From Owenia fusiformis (taxonomy: Eukaryota): a DNA stretch of 64,000 bases. Positions 51,201-63,200 of this stretch are shown piece by piece. A program made the translations under genes and the position numbers. The stretch spans positions 12,958,001 to 13,022,000 of the forward strand of contig CAIIXF020000001.1 in NCBI GenBank assembly GCA_903813345.2, given 5' to 3'. Positions within the stretch are counted from its first letter, which is position 1. Every line of letters starts with the position of its first letter. The notes below the pieces were generated by a model. That model saw only the letters and a list, made by a program, of their open reading frames with translations, was not told where the DNA came from and made no database searches.

Positions 51201-54200
51201 TTCGAGAGTTGTATCTGCTCCGAGGATTGCCAGCTCCGAGTGATTACTCTTCCGATTATTTAAGTGTTATATCTCCTCAGAGTTATATTTGATCCGAGTA
51301 GTTACAGCTCTGTCTAATCTCAGTTGTGATTGATATTCGAGAGTTGTATCTGCTCCGAGGACTCACTGCTCCGAGTGCTTACTCCTCAATCTATTCTAGA
51401 GTGGAATCTGCTCCGAGGGTTGAGGATACAGCTCCGTCTAATCTCAGTTTAATGATCGATATTCGTGAGTTGCTCCTTCTCCTCCTCCGAGTTATTGATG
51501 ATCCGAAATTGATACAAGTTGCTGAACTTGACGCATCCTCCGAGGTTATTTGACTCCTCCAGAAGTTAGGTACTGAGGTTACACTACCGGAACCAAAGTA
51601 TCCCTGGGTTGCAAGGTTTACTCTCATTGGAGCCAAGGTTACACTCCCGGAACTGAGGTACTCCACGATCGAGAAGTGGCAGCTCTGGTCTAATCTCACC
51701 ATTTGATTGACATTCCAGAGTTGTTATTTCTCTGTAGAAGCTGTAGTGGTCTCTCTTGTGAAGTGGTGACTCCTTGAGCAGAAGTTACTCCAGAGCCTGG
51801 ACTCCTTCCAAGAGACAGTGTGAGTAGAGGTTGAGAAGAGATTACTGTGGTGACGAGGTTACTATAGAGACGAGAAGACTCCCGGTGCGGAAGGTACTCC
51901 CAAGAGCCAGGGTTGCGTTCAGGAGCAGAGGTTTCCCCTGAGACGAGACAACTCCTGGAGTGGAAGGTACTCCAATAGCTAGGGTCTTGTACAAAAGAAG
52001 AGGTTTCTCCTGTGAAGTGGCGACTCCCCAAGCAGAAGATACTCCTGGAGCCTGGACCCCTTCCATGAGACAGTTTTATAGAGACAAAATAACTCCTTGA
52101 ACCAAGGTTACACTTCCGGAACCAAAACTCCTGGAGCCCTGATTCCTCCGAGGTGACACGACCTAGAGGGACAGCGCAGTGAAGATTATTTGGAGCATTT
52201 ATAACTTGGGTCTAATCTCAGTTTTGATTGACGTTCCTGAGTTATTCCTCCTCCATAGATATCACATTGAAGCCGTGATATAGACGAGACGATACCTAGA
52301 GCAGAAGGAACTCCCCCGAGGTTAAATTCCAGTTTAGAGGTGAAGAAAGCTGCAGAGGAGCAGATCCTCCTCAGGCCATTTTACCAGTTGGAGCAGAAGG
52401 ACCTCCTAGAGGGTGAAGATAGTTCAGAGGAGCAGATCCTCCTCCTCTTACAATTATTCAAGAAGGAACAATTACAGAGACATTCAAGCTCTATATAGAC
52501 ATTTTTGAAATTATTTGTAGTATTATTTTACGTTGGAATAGATTATAAAATCCCTGTATACCATTGTTATATTGCCATCTTTGAAAGGTAACTGCCGTAC
52601 CACCAAACCAGGTTGGCACCCGTGTATAACACCTCCAAGATCCCTTATATCGTCCCTGGCCTTTCCTGAAGTTTGCATACAGGGTACTCCTGGGAATCGG
52701 CCCGGCGCGACATTGGTGGCAGCGGTGGGATCTGTTGCCTTAGAAGATGTCTGAGATGTCACAGAAGTGCGAGCGTTCGCCAGAGACGATGGAGCAAGAG
52801 GGCTCCAGACGAGATGATGTGAGAACTGGCGGAATTGTGCGATTGGTTCCAAAGATGGGGTTGAAGCATCTTGAGACTCCTCAAAGGGATAGATGTCCAG
52901 AAGAGCATTCTGGTTCGGAGGGAACATCACTTCCGAGAGATGAGGAGAAATTGTTCCCAAGCGAGGAGGAGAGTCTTGGTGTTCCACTTATGACAGTAGA
53001 TGACACTCTACCAGAGGACTTAGATGATAGAGCCAGAGCGACTCTAGTCCGAGGAGAGCCTAGAGTTATTTCCCCAGATATGACGATGAAGATACTTCCT
53101 GATGTAGAGAAGGAAGATACTGGATACCATGCTGAATCCAGGCTAAGACGAGATGTTCCAGCTTCCGCTTTGAGAAGAGACCATTGGGCTCGGGGGAAGA
53201 GAGAATTCGACTCCACCAAGTCCAGGCTGATGTCTTTAGAAGGGAGCTTGGGAACTCTGAGAGTAGATGTCCTTAAGATGCGAGATTGTTTACTGAGCAG
53301 GCAACGGTCAAGCTCGCAGAGAAAGCGATGGAAATGTGTGGAAAAGCCTTGGACTCAGTACAGCAGGGAAGAAAAACTAAAATCAAGATAACCCAGTTGT
53401 TCGATGGGAAGACTCCATGGCTGGACTATAAGGCACACTTCCAGAACTGTGTAGAGAGCAACCAATGGACTGATGAGGAGAAGAGACAGAACCTGACCAA
53501 TCAGTTGCGAGGAGATGCCCAGCAGCTAGTACAAGAGCTGGAAGAAGGGCATACTTATGATGAGCTAAAAGAAGCCCTTACCAAAAGATTTGGGCCAGGT
53601 GAGAAAGCCTCATTGTATGAAGCTCAGCTGAATACAAGGGTTAGACAATCAAAAGAGTCATTACAGAGCTTGGGCCAGAGCATAAGGAGATTGGCCTCAT
53701 TAGCCTACCCTGAGATGTCTCGTTCCTCCCAAGACAGACTTGCTCGGCGAAGCTTCGAGAAAGCTATTACTGATGATGATGTCCGAGCTGCAGTGCATCG
53801 CCGAGCCCCAAAGTCTCTTGATGAAGCCATAGAGGAAGCCCAGAAGGAGGAAGCTTACCAAGAGTCGGAACGTATCCGAAGGGGACTCAAGCCAAAACAA
53901 TTGGATCCTCACATCTCAATTGTGACGAGCGACCCTGTGGAGGAAAAGCTCCTCAAGATGATGGAGGATATGAAGACAGAGATGATGAAGGAGATGGATG
54001 AGGCGTTAAAGCTCTTCAAAGAGCAAAGAGAACTCCGAGCTCCTCGATCTATTATTTGTAGAAGATGTGGAGAGGAAGGGCACATTGTGAGAAGATGTCC
54101 TCTAGTAACCTGCTTCAATTGTTCGGAGCGGGGGCACCTCTCCATTGATTGTCCCAAATCCAAGAAGAGTAGAGATGCTCGAGGGGTCCATCCAGTTTGT

Positions 54201-57200
54201 TGCATTGATGTCAGAGATCAAGCAGTGGTAGATCCTAAGAGAGTTGAATCTGCTCGGAAGATAGAGGCTGTTGTTGAACTGTGTGGAGCTCCTGTTAAGT
54301 GCCTAGTAGATACAGGATCAGTGGTGTCTTTGATGAGCCTAGACAGCTTCAACCGAATCAACTACCGGAAGAGACCAAAACTGAAACCAGCCAAAGATGT
54401 CTTGGTGCAAGCCAATGGATCCCCTATAGCAATCTATGGCACGTGCTCTGTGGAACTTAAGCGAGATGGGAGGAAGACCCCTTTGGAGATGGTGGTTGCT
54501 GAAATTAGCCTGGATGGAATCCTAGGGACAGACTACCTGTTGGCTAGCAAGGCTGAGATCCATTACGGCTCCTTACAGATGAGGTCCCGAGAAGAGAGGT
54601 CCAAGGAGCCAAGAACCTTTGTTACTCCCTTCCAGAACAGAAGGAAGAGACGAAGAAGAAAGCAGAAGAAGGAGGATCCAACAAATGATGAGGCTGGAGA
54701 TACCATGAGGCTCCGGAAGAGGAGCAAAGTTGACTCTCCTGAAGTGAAGAGCTGGGATGCCTCTAAAAGACCTGATGTACCTACAATCCTTACTGAGGGA
54801 AGGTCAAGTAGCGGGGCAAGACGGTCGTGTGTTAGCGAGTTGAAAGGAGAGGCTTCTCTTCCTTTTACAAGTCGAGCCAACAAATCCAAAGGGTCATCAA
54901 AGGAGCAGTCAGAAGAAAGTTTACCATGCAGGGCGAGACCAAGGCATCAAAGAAGACAACCAGCGTTTGTTGTAAGAGACAAGATGAACTGGAGAGAGAT
55001 GGACTCCTCACTGACGTTCGAGCATGCAGAGGCAGGGCGAACTGAGGAGCCACGGAGCTTCATCCCAGTGGTGCAAGAGGAGCAATGACAGAGGAGCCCA
55101 AATGGCTCCTTCCCTAAATATGACAATCTTAAGTTAAGATAGTTAGTTGAATGAGCAATTACTGATCATGATCATGTGATTTTTTGAGAGGAGATAAGTT
55201 AGCTCTTTACTAATATTTATTGTTGTAAGAGGTGCTCGAGCTCTCTATATATTTTTGTAGAAGTTAAGTTTACATTGTGTGATCGTGGGCGATCAAGCTT
55301 AGTAGGGGGGAGTGTGGGAATTTTTAATTCCCCCTGAGTAGTACTAGGGCCTGTGAAACGTTTATTTTACAGGATTTTATGTTATTTCATGTTTATTCAA
55401 TGTTCCGTCCCTGTAATTTGGATGTTTACTTGATCAGCAAGCTGGGTTGGAATAAATTTGCATAATTAGGCACCCAGCAACAGAGCTCAGCCAATCAGAT
55501 GTCTTTATTTGAATTTACCGCCAATGTAAGTTGTAGTTTTCCCATGATGCATTCTGAGATGACTGGGATTAGAGTGTGAGAAAGTGACCTGTAAATCAGA
55601 GTAAACCAAGACTTTGCAGAGGAAACACCTCGTCAGTTTGTATCATTTTATGTGGGAGCGTGTTCGATGTGAATTGAGAACTATATTAGACTATATTACA
55701 GGTTATTTGGATTATTTGCTGTCATTATTGCTGCAGTTTTGCATTCGTTTTGCATTCGTTTTTGACTGTGCGAGAAACAAGAAGATAACAGCCAGTTTTG
55801 GGTGAGTTGGCAATTTGATTATTGAGTTTGACGCCATATTGCTGTCCGCCATTTTGATTTCTTCTTCCCAGAATTCCAAGCGGTCAGCCATCTTTGTTTT
55901 GACGGAAGTGACGTCATTTTAAGAAGTAATTCCTCCTCCGAGTAATTAAGGCTCTTGTCTAATCTCAGTTGTGATTGATATTCGAGAGTTGTATCTGCTC
56001 CGAGGATTGCCAGCTCCGAGTGATTACTCTTCCGATTATTTAAGTGTTATATCTCCTCAGAGTTATATTTGGTCCGAGTAGTTACAGCTCTGTCTAATCT
56101 CAGTTGTGATTGATATTCGAGAGTTGTATCTGCTCCGAGGACTCACTGCTCCGAGTGCTTACTCCTCAATCTATTCTAGAGTGGAATCTGCTCCGAGGGT
56201 TGAGGATACAGCTCCGTCTAATCTCAGTTTAATGATCGATATTCGTGAGTTGCTCCTTCTCCTCCTCCGAGTTATTGATGATCCGAAATTGATACAAGTT
56301 GCTGAACTTGACGCATCCTCCGAGGTTATTTGACTCCTCCAGAAGTTAGGTACTGAGGTTACACTACCGGAACCAAAGTATCCCTGGGTTGCAAGGTTTA
56401 CTCTCATTGGAGCCAAGGTTACACTCCCGGAACTGAGGTACTCCACGATCGAGAAGTGGCAGCTCTGGTCTAATCTCACCATTTGATTGACATTCCAGAG
56501 TTGTTATTTCTCTGTAGAAGCTGTAGTGGTCTCTCTTGTGAAGTGGTGACTCCTTGAGCAGAAGTTACTCCAGAGCCTGGACTCCTTCCAAGAGACAGTG
56601 TGAGTAGAGGTTGAGAAGAGATTACTGTGGTGACGAGGTTACTATAGAGACGAGAAGACTCCCGGTGCGGAAGGTACTCCCAAGAGCCAGGGTTGCGTTC
56701 AGGAGCAGAGGTTTCCCCTGAGACGAGACAACTCCTGGAGTGGAAGGTACTCCAATAGCTAGGGTCTTGTACAAAAGAAGAGGTTTCTCCTGTGAAGTGG
56801 CGACTCCCCAAGCAGAAGATACTCCTGGAGCCTGGACCCCTTCCATGAGACAGTTTTATAGAGACAAAATAACTCCTTGAACCAAGGTTACACTTCCGGA
56901 ACCAAAACTCCTGGAGCCCTGATTCCTCCGAGGTGACACGACCTAGAGGGACAGCGCAGTGAAGATTATTTGGAGCATTTATAACTTGGGTCTAATCTCA
57001 GTTTTGATTGACGTTCCTGAGTTATTCCTCCTCCATAGATATCACATTGAAGCCGTGATATAGACGAGACGATACCTAGAGCAGAAGGAACTCCCCCGAG
57101 GTTAAATTCCAGTTTAGAGGTGAAGAAAGCTGCAGAGGAGCAGATCCTCCTCAGGCCATTTTACCAGTTGGAGCAGAAGGACCTCCTAGAGGGTGAAGAT

Positions 57201-60200
57201 AGTTCAGAGGAGCAGATCCTCCTCCTCTTACAATTATTCAAGAAGGAACAATTACAGAGACATTCAAGCTCTATATAGACATTTTTGAAATTATTTGTAG
57301 TATTATTTTACGTTGGAATAGATTATAAAATCCCTGTATACCATTGTTATATTGCCATCTTTGAAAGGTAACTGCCGTACCACCAAACCAGGTCGGCACC
57401 CGTGTATAACACCTCCAAGATCCCTTATATCGTCCCTGGCCTTTCCTGAAGTTTGCATACAGGGTACTCCTGGGAATCGGCCCGGCGCGACAATATGTTT
57501 ACATTTAACTTAAAGGACAAGTTTGACTTAAGATAACATGGATACCGATTCCCGAGACCTATCGGTGAGTGACAAATATCAGTAAATCGGTCGAAAAATT
57601 GTTTTGAATTGTATATTTTTTCCAAAATTCCACCAACCGTTCTCGAAAATTATTTTTTCAAATTGAACAACATTCAATTTAGCTATAGTCTACCAGCCTA
57701 CCTACTGAGTAATTGAATTTGTATTCTTTCGTCACACAGTTTCATGTGTATTGCACTGTTTAATCTTCACATTGATCTATATCTATAATATCCTGTACCA
57801 GGACTATAACAGATAATCGTGGATTGAATATTAGTTTCGGGACAAATGAACTCTTCTAATCTATCAAGTCGGTCTGATTCTTAACAGCCATTTGATAGTT
57901 TTGATTTTTTGTCAGCCCAATCATGCATCAATATAGTCTATGTTCAATATGCTTGAGCAATTTTCTGAAAGAATGACGGAATGTATTGCAACAGGTTCAG
58001 TGGCTTTGGGGACAAATGAACTCTTCTATCAAGTCGGTCTGATTCTTAACAGCCATTTGAAGTTTTGATTTTTTGTCAGCCCAATCATGCATCAATATAG
58101 TCTATGTTCAATATGCTTGAGCAATTTTCTGAAAGAATGACGGTTTGTATTGCAACAGGTTCAGTGGCGTAGCGTGGGTATTCTATGAGTGTACTCGACG
58201 AGTGAGTGAAGCGAACGAGCTTTGAGGGGGTGGGGGTTCTTTCCCCCAAGGGAACTTGAAAAAATTAGATTGCATTTGAAGTGTCTGGTGCGTTTTAAAA
58301 TACGAAATTCCGACTACGAAAAAATAATATGGATTAATAAAATGTTAGGTATTACTTCAGAATATCAAACGTGGGTTTTTTCGTTCGATTATTTTGATTT
58401 TCATTCTATCTTCTTCGTCCTGCGGGACTATACTAGGCATAGGCCCGGAACATGTATAACATTGAGTCAAATTCACTTATAGAACATGCTGTAAGCTTTA
58501 TTTCTTTACATTTTTACGGGCCTATGCCTGGGCTATGACTCTAGACCTAGACTACTAGATCTATAGGACTTAGACTAGCCTAAAGCTACAGCCTTAGATC
58601 TAGCTCTTTCAGAGGCTGTGACTGATATGTTAAAACAGTCTTTAGAGCCCCCTATCAACCGCTTCAAAATTGTGTTAGTGTCCTCGAAAAAAATTAAAAG
58701 GTGCTTCTGTGCCGAACAGCAAATTCTCATTATACATTGAGAAGATACTCTTTACCAAGAAACCAAAAATGGAAGTTTTGACGGAAAGACATGACGTACA
58801 AGTCAAAATCTCTGAATCTTGCTAGGTACATGACAGATAAAGAGAATTTAAATCCTGATCGGCAAAGAAACGGCTAATAACTTACATATTTTCTAAACAA
58901 AAAGCACTGATGTAGCTCACATTGGGAGATAGTAGTAAGCACTTTATTGAAGTTGATTTCAGTAGATCAGTTACACCTTTCATGATTTCAAGGAAAGACG
59001 CAAAGTATCCGTCAAAAGAGAAAAGCTTACATAAATGCGAGCAAAATCTGCAGATTTATTATAGCTATTGACTTCTCGAATATGTTGAACGCACAACTCT
59101 AAACAATACTTGAAATTGAATAAAATTGACAAAATATGAGAAGACAGTCTAAAACCTAACTGGGAGAGCTGCCAGATTGTTTGCCCGGAAATCTTCAGAG
59201 ATTTTGACTGGTACTTTGTGTCTTTCCATCAAAATTGCCATTTTGGTTTCTCGCTGGGTAATTCAGTTATTCACAGATGAAGAGAAATCTTGATTGACAA
59301 AAATGCAGCTGATAGCTAACAGCTTTTCTTAAACAGAAGATAAAGGAAGATATAAAGGAACCTGTTATGATTTTGAAGCGGGTGATAGCCGATAGCGGGC
59401 ATGTTAAGGCTGTAAGTAGAGGGTGTAGCAATAAATCTAACCCAAATAGAGTTTAACACATCTCAGTAAAGGCAAAATTAAAATTCATTAAAGTTTCATT
59501 ACTTTAGCATGTGTACATTTGCTGGCCTTCTAATATTTTGCCAATAGATTTGTTAGGCTTGATTGCAAATTCTTATGAAATATATGAGTGTATGGTTTCA
59601 ATGTGCTGTACTCCCGATATTTTTCGCATGCAATTTAGTTTCGTGCTTTTCGCGATTGTGTAAAAATCACGAAAATTAATAGTCGCGAATATCGCCAATT
59701 AAAGGCTGAGGTGCAACATGCCATTGACTAAGATCTAGAGATTGTAAATCTTATCCAAAGTATATGATATTGGGTAGGTGTAATTACTGTAGATAAGGTA
59801 AATTAATTTTGAGGATTCAGAGAATAATGGAAGTTAAACCTTTGATATCCGCAAAATTTAATGGCCGCAAAATTGGTATTTCTCAAAATATTCATGAAAT
59901 TTAAACTCGCAAATTAACCGGTAGTACAGTATTTGCATGTGGAATAATTATGATATTGAGAGCATTGATGAAACAAATGCAATGAACTGATTTGATTGGC
60001 CAAGGGAGCATTGGAATTTTGACCTGAAGTTCACATGATTGTTGCTATAGGCCTTATGATTTTTTGGAATTCCAGTAATACTATTAATGCCTATTATACT
60101 TATACAGTAAAACCTGTCTAATCCAAATGCCACCGCTACCAATTAAAAACATTCAGATTTAAACGTCTGATTTCGAGGTTTTTGCATCCGAAAGATTCTT

Positions 60201-63200
60201 GATTTTGAAAAAATATTAATGCATTTTCACTTAATATTACTAGCATTGTAGACGTTATGATTTTTTGGAATTCCAGTAATACTATTATACTTATACAGTA
60301 ATATCTGTCTAATCCAAATGCCACCATGACCAGTTAAAACACCATGACCAGTTAAAATACAACATTCAGATGTGGAGGTGATCGGATTTCGAGGTTTTTG
60401 CATTCACAAGATTCTGCATTTTAAAAATATAAATGCATTTTCACTAAAACGTATTAAGATTACTTTTGACCGCATAGCTTTATGACATTCATGAATCCAA
60501 ATCGAATGCTTGAAAGGTAGATTCTAAAACAGAAGTGTGCAATCAGAGATGATAGATACTATCGCATGAGTATATGAAGGCCATGTGTCAACTCTTCGAT
60601 TGATAATACGCCTCGAAATAAACACCCACTGGCTTGGGAAAGCTATTTTCCCTCTTAATAAATGCCTGTCCCCTTGGAAAAATGTTTTCAATTTCCCTTT
60701 TAGTTAATAAAAGCCAATGGCATTTATTTTGAGTTCTTTCTAATAAAGGCCCTGTGCAAAATTAATGCTCAGTGGGCCTATATGTTCGTTGAATTTAAAA
60801 TTACCCCTTCTACTCAATTTTTATAAATGTTTTATGCATCAGTATGTTGCATTTGGAGATGGGGTCTTTGCACCTTCCCTGTCTCAATGTCCATTTTTTT
60901 TATCATCTCTATGAGTACTTTTCCTTCAGATAATGCATTGGCCTAACATACACACCTTACATTTTCAGAAAATTTCTGCAAATTTCTGTACATATGACCG
61001 TCTAAATTCTGTTGCGAAACCTTTAGTATTCTTTCAAGCAATTTCCTGCTTACATGAAAGTCTTTTACATTCTGTTTTTTTTAATGTAACATAATGGCTG
61101 ATATCAATATTGTTCAAAGTTGTATATGTTTACACTATGGAACTAATCATTCTTTGAATTGAGTTCGATTCCTGAACAACTTGATATTTGACTAAACATT
61201 CATTGGATTTGATTTGGTTTGATGAAGAGAAATCTTGACTGACAAAAATGCAGCTGATAACTAACAGATTTTCCCAAACAGAAAATATAAACAAAATTTA
61301 AAGTGAGCACTTGATTTCAATAGTTTAGTTTCACCTATGCTTTTGAAGCGGGTGATAGCTGATAGGTGTCATGTAAAGGCTTTGAGTACATGGTATAGCA
61401 ATAATTAAAGGTCAGAAGGTACTGTTTCATTCATATTTCTTGGTTTTAAAAACATTTAATCAAATAAGCTGGAAATTTTTCTGAGAAATGATATGATGGT
61501 GAAAGAAATAGATACAAAATTATAAAAAATTCATAATTAGCGAAAATTGATATCCGCAAAATTTCAAAATTGCAAAATTGTGAAAGATAACAGCATCAAA
61601 TATTAGTGGCAGTACAGTATTTGCATGTGAAATAATTATGATATATTAATATAATAATATAATAATTGATGAAACAATTGCAATGAACTGTTTTGATTAG
61701 CCAAGGCCAGAGCATTGGAATTTGAACTAAAGTTGAGTATAATGTTATTGTATAAATTAAAAAAATAATTATGGAGACTTCTTACAAAGTTGGTCTTCAT
61801 TTCAAATAGCTGAGAATATTTTCCAAAATAGATTGACTAGGCCTTCAGATTTTTTTGATGTTCAGTATTACTATTACTTATACAGTAAAACCTGTCTAAT
61901 CCAAATGCCACCGTGCAGTTAAAAGCATTCAGATTGGGAGGTGTTCGTTATCACAATAGATTATAATCATATCATTGATAATTTAGAGTTATTCAAAGAT
62001 GGCAGCAGCATTCTCAGAACCTGACAATCAGAATCTCATTAATCTTTTGTTCACGTTAGTTATTTAAACTTTATATTCATATATAGATGGCAGTTCTTAA
62101 ATATATGATAGACACCAATAATTCAACATCATAATTTAACCTTTTCCATTAAATATACCCTGTATCAAGCACAAAAACGTATTTACACCCTTTACTAAAA
62201 TGGCAACCCCTGTATCACGCACTTGTTTAGTAAAAAAATAATGGTTATCATAAAATAAACTGATTACCAATTCCAACGGGATCACAAAAGCGTAAAGACC
62301 CATCACATAGGTTTATACTCTGGCAATTTGCTTTCTTTGGTCCACTTAGTCCAAAACATGTGTCACATTTGTATATAGCTTTACATACACCATTTGGTCT
62401 ACAACCGACTTCCACCTCACCATTCATAGGGTCCGAAGGTACATGGTCACTCGTTTCTGAAGAAATAGAGGTACTGTTGATGCTTTTTATTGTTTGTTTT
62501 ACTGGTCATTAATCATTATCAGGACAAGGAAGCGACATTTACATTCTCTTTCAAAATGATGGACAGTAATGGTCAATTACGATATTTTTGATTTTCATCC
62601 GATTAAATATTTTTTATTTTCATTAAATTAAAGCACATTGCCGTGTACATTTGGCTTGACAACCACACTTTGCTTGTATGACATAGAAACTCATCAACTC
62701 ATTAGTCGCGTGTGGACGCCATGATTCAACTATATCATCTACCACTTGAGGCTTATTGAATACCATGCCTAAGGCCTACTGCTAAAGGGCAGGGTGGCAA
62801 ATCGACAACTTGGGTGACAGTAACACCACAGTCACATTTGTCGCACGGCGGCCGTACGAAATGGCTTGAGTCTGACGTAGTGTTTTGATGGGTTATGTAT
62901 CTTTGGAAACAGTTTTTCAGGTCAGGTTTGCTGTCATATCTTTGCTGTGAACACAGCGCAATAGGTATACTGTTGTGTAAGGTCACCGATGCACAACAAC
63001 TTATATTGCAAAAGATTAACACCCCAGTCAAATGTGTCGTACGGCGACCGTACGTCGACCGCAGATCAATAAAATCAGTGAATTTCTACGCCGAGCGTAA
63101 GAAAACTACGCTCGTCTTGCGGTCTCCGTACGGTATATCCAGTTTTTTACACGCCGCAGGGTAGCCGTAGAAATTATAACTCGGAGTTATAATATTTGTC

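Larger units (their letters stand above)
50533..57492 (+). mobile_element. Non-autonomous Ty3/Gypsy-type LTR retrotransposon (Gag-protease only), 6960 bp
   Basis: ATAT|TG...CA|ATAT 4-bp TSD; two 2180-bp LTRs, PBS, PPT and a gag-PR ORF; no RT/RNaseH/integrase in the 2600-bp internal region. Confidence 0.97.

Noticed and set aside
50834-52066. Duplicated ORFs (also 55614-56846) as a duplicated gene cassette
   Set aside because: They lie within the two LTRs, are short and have no recognisable domains.
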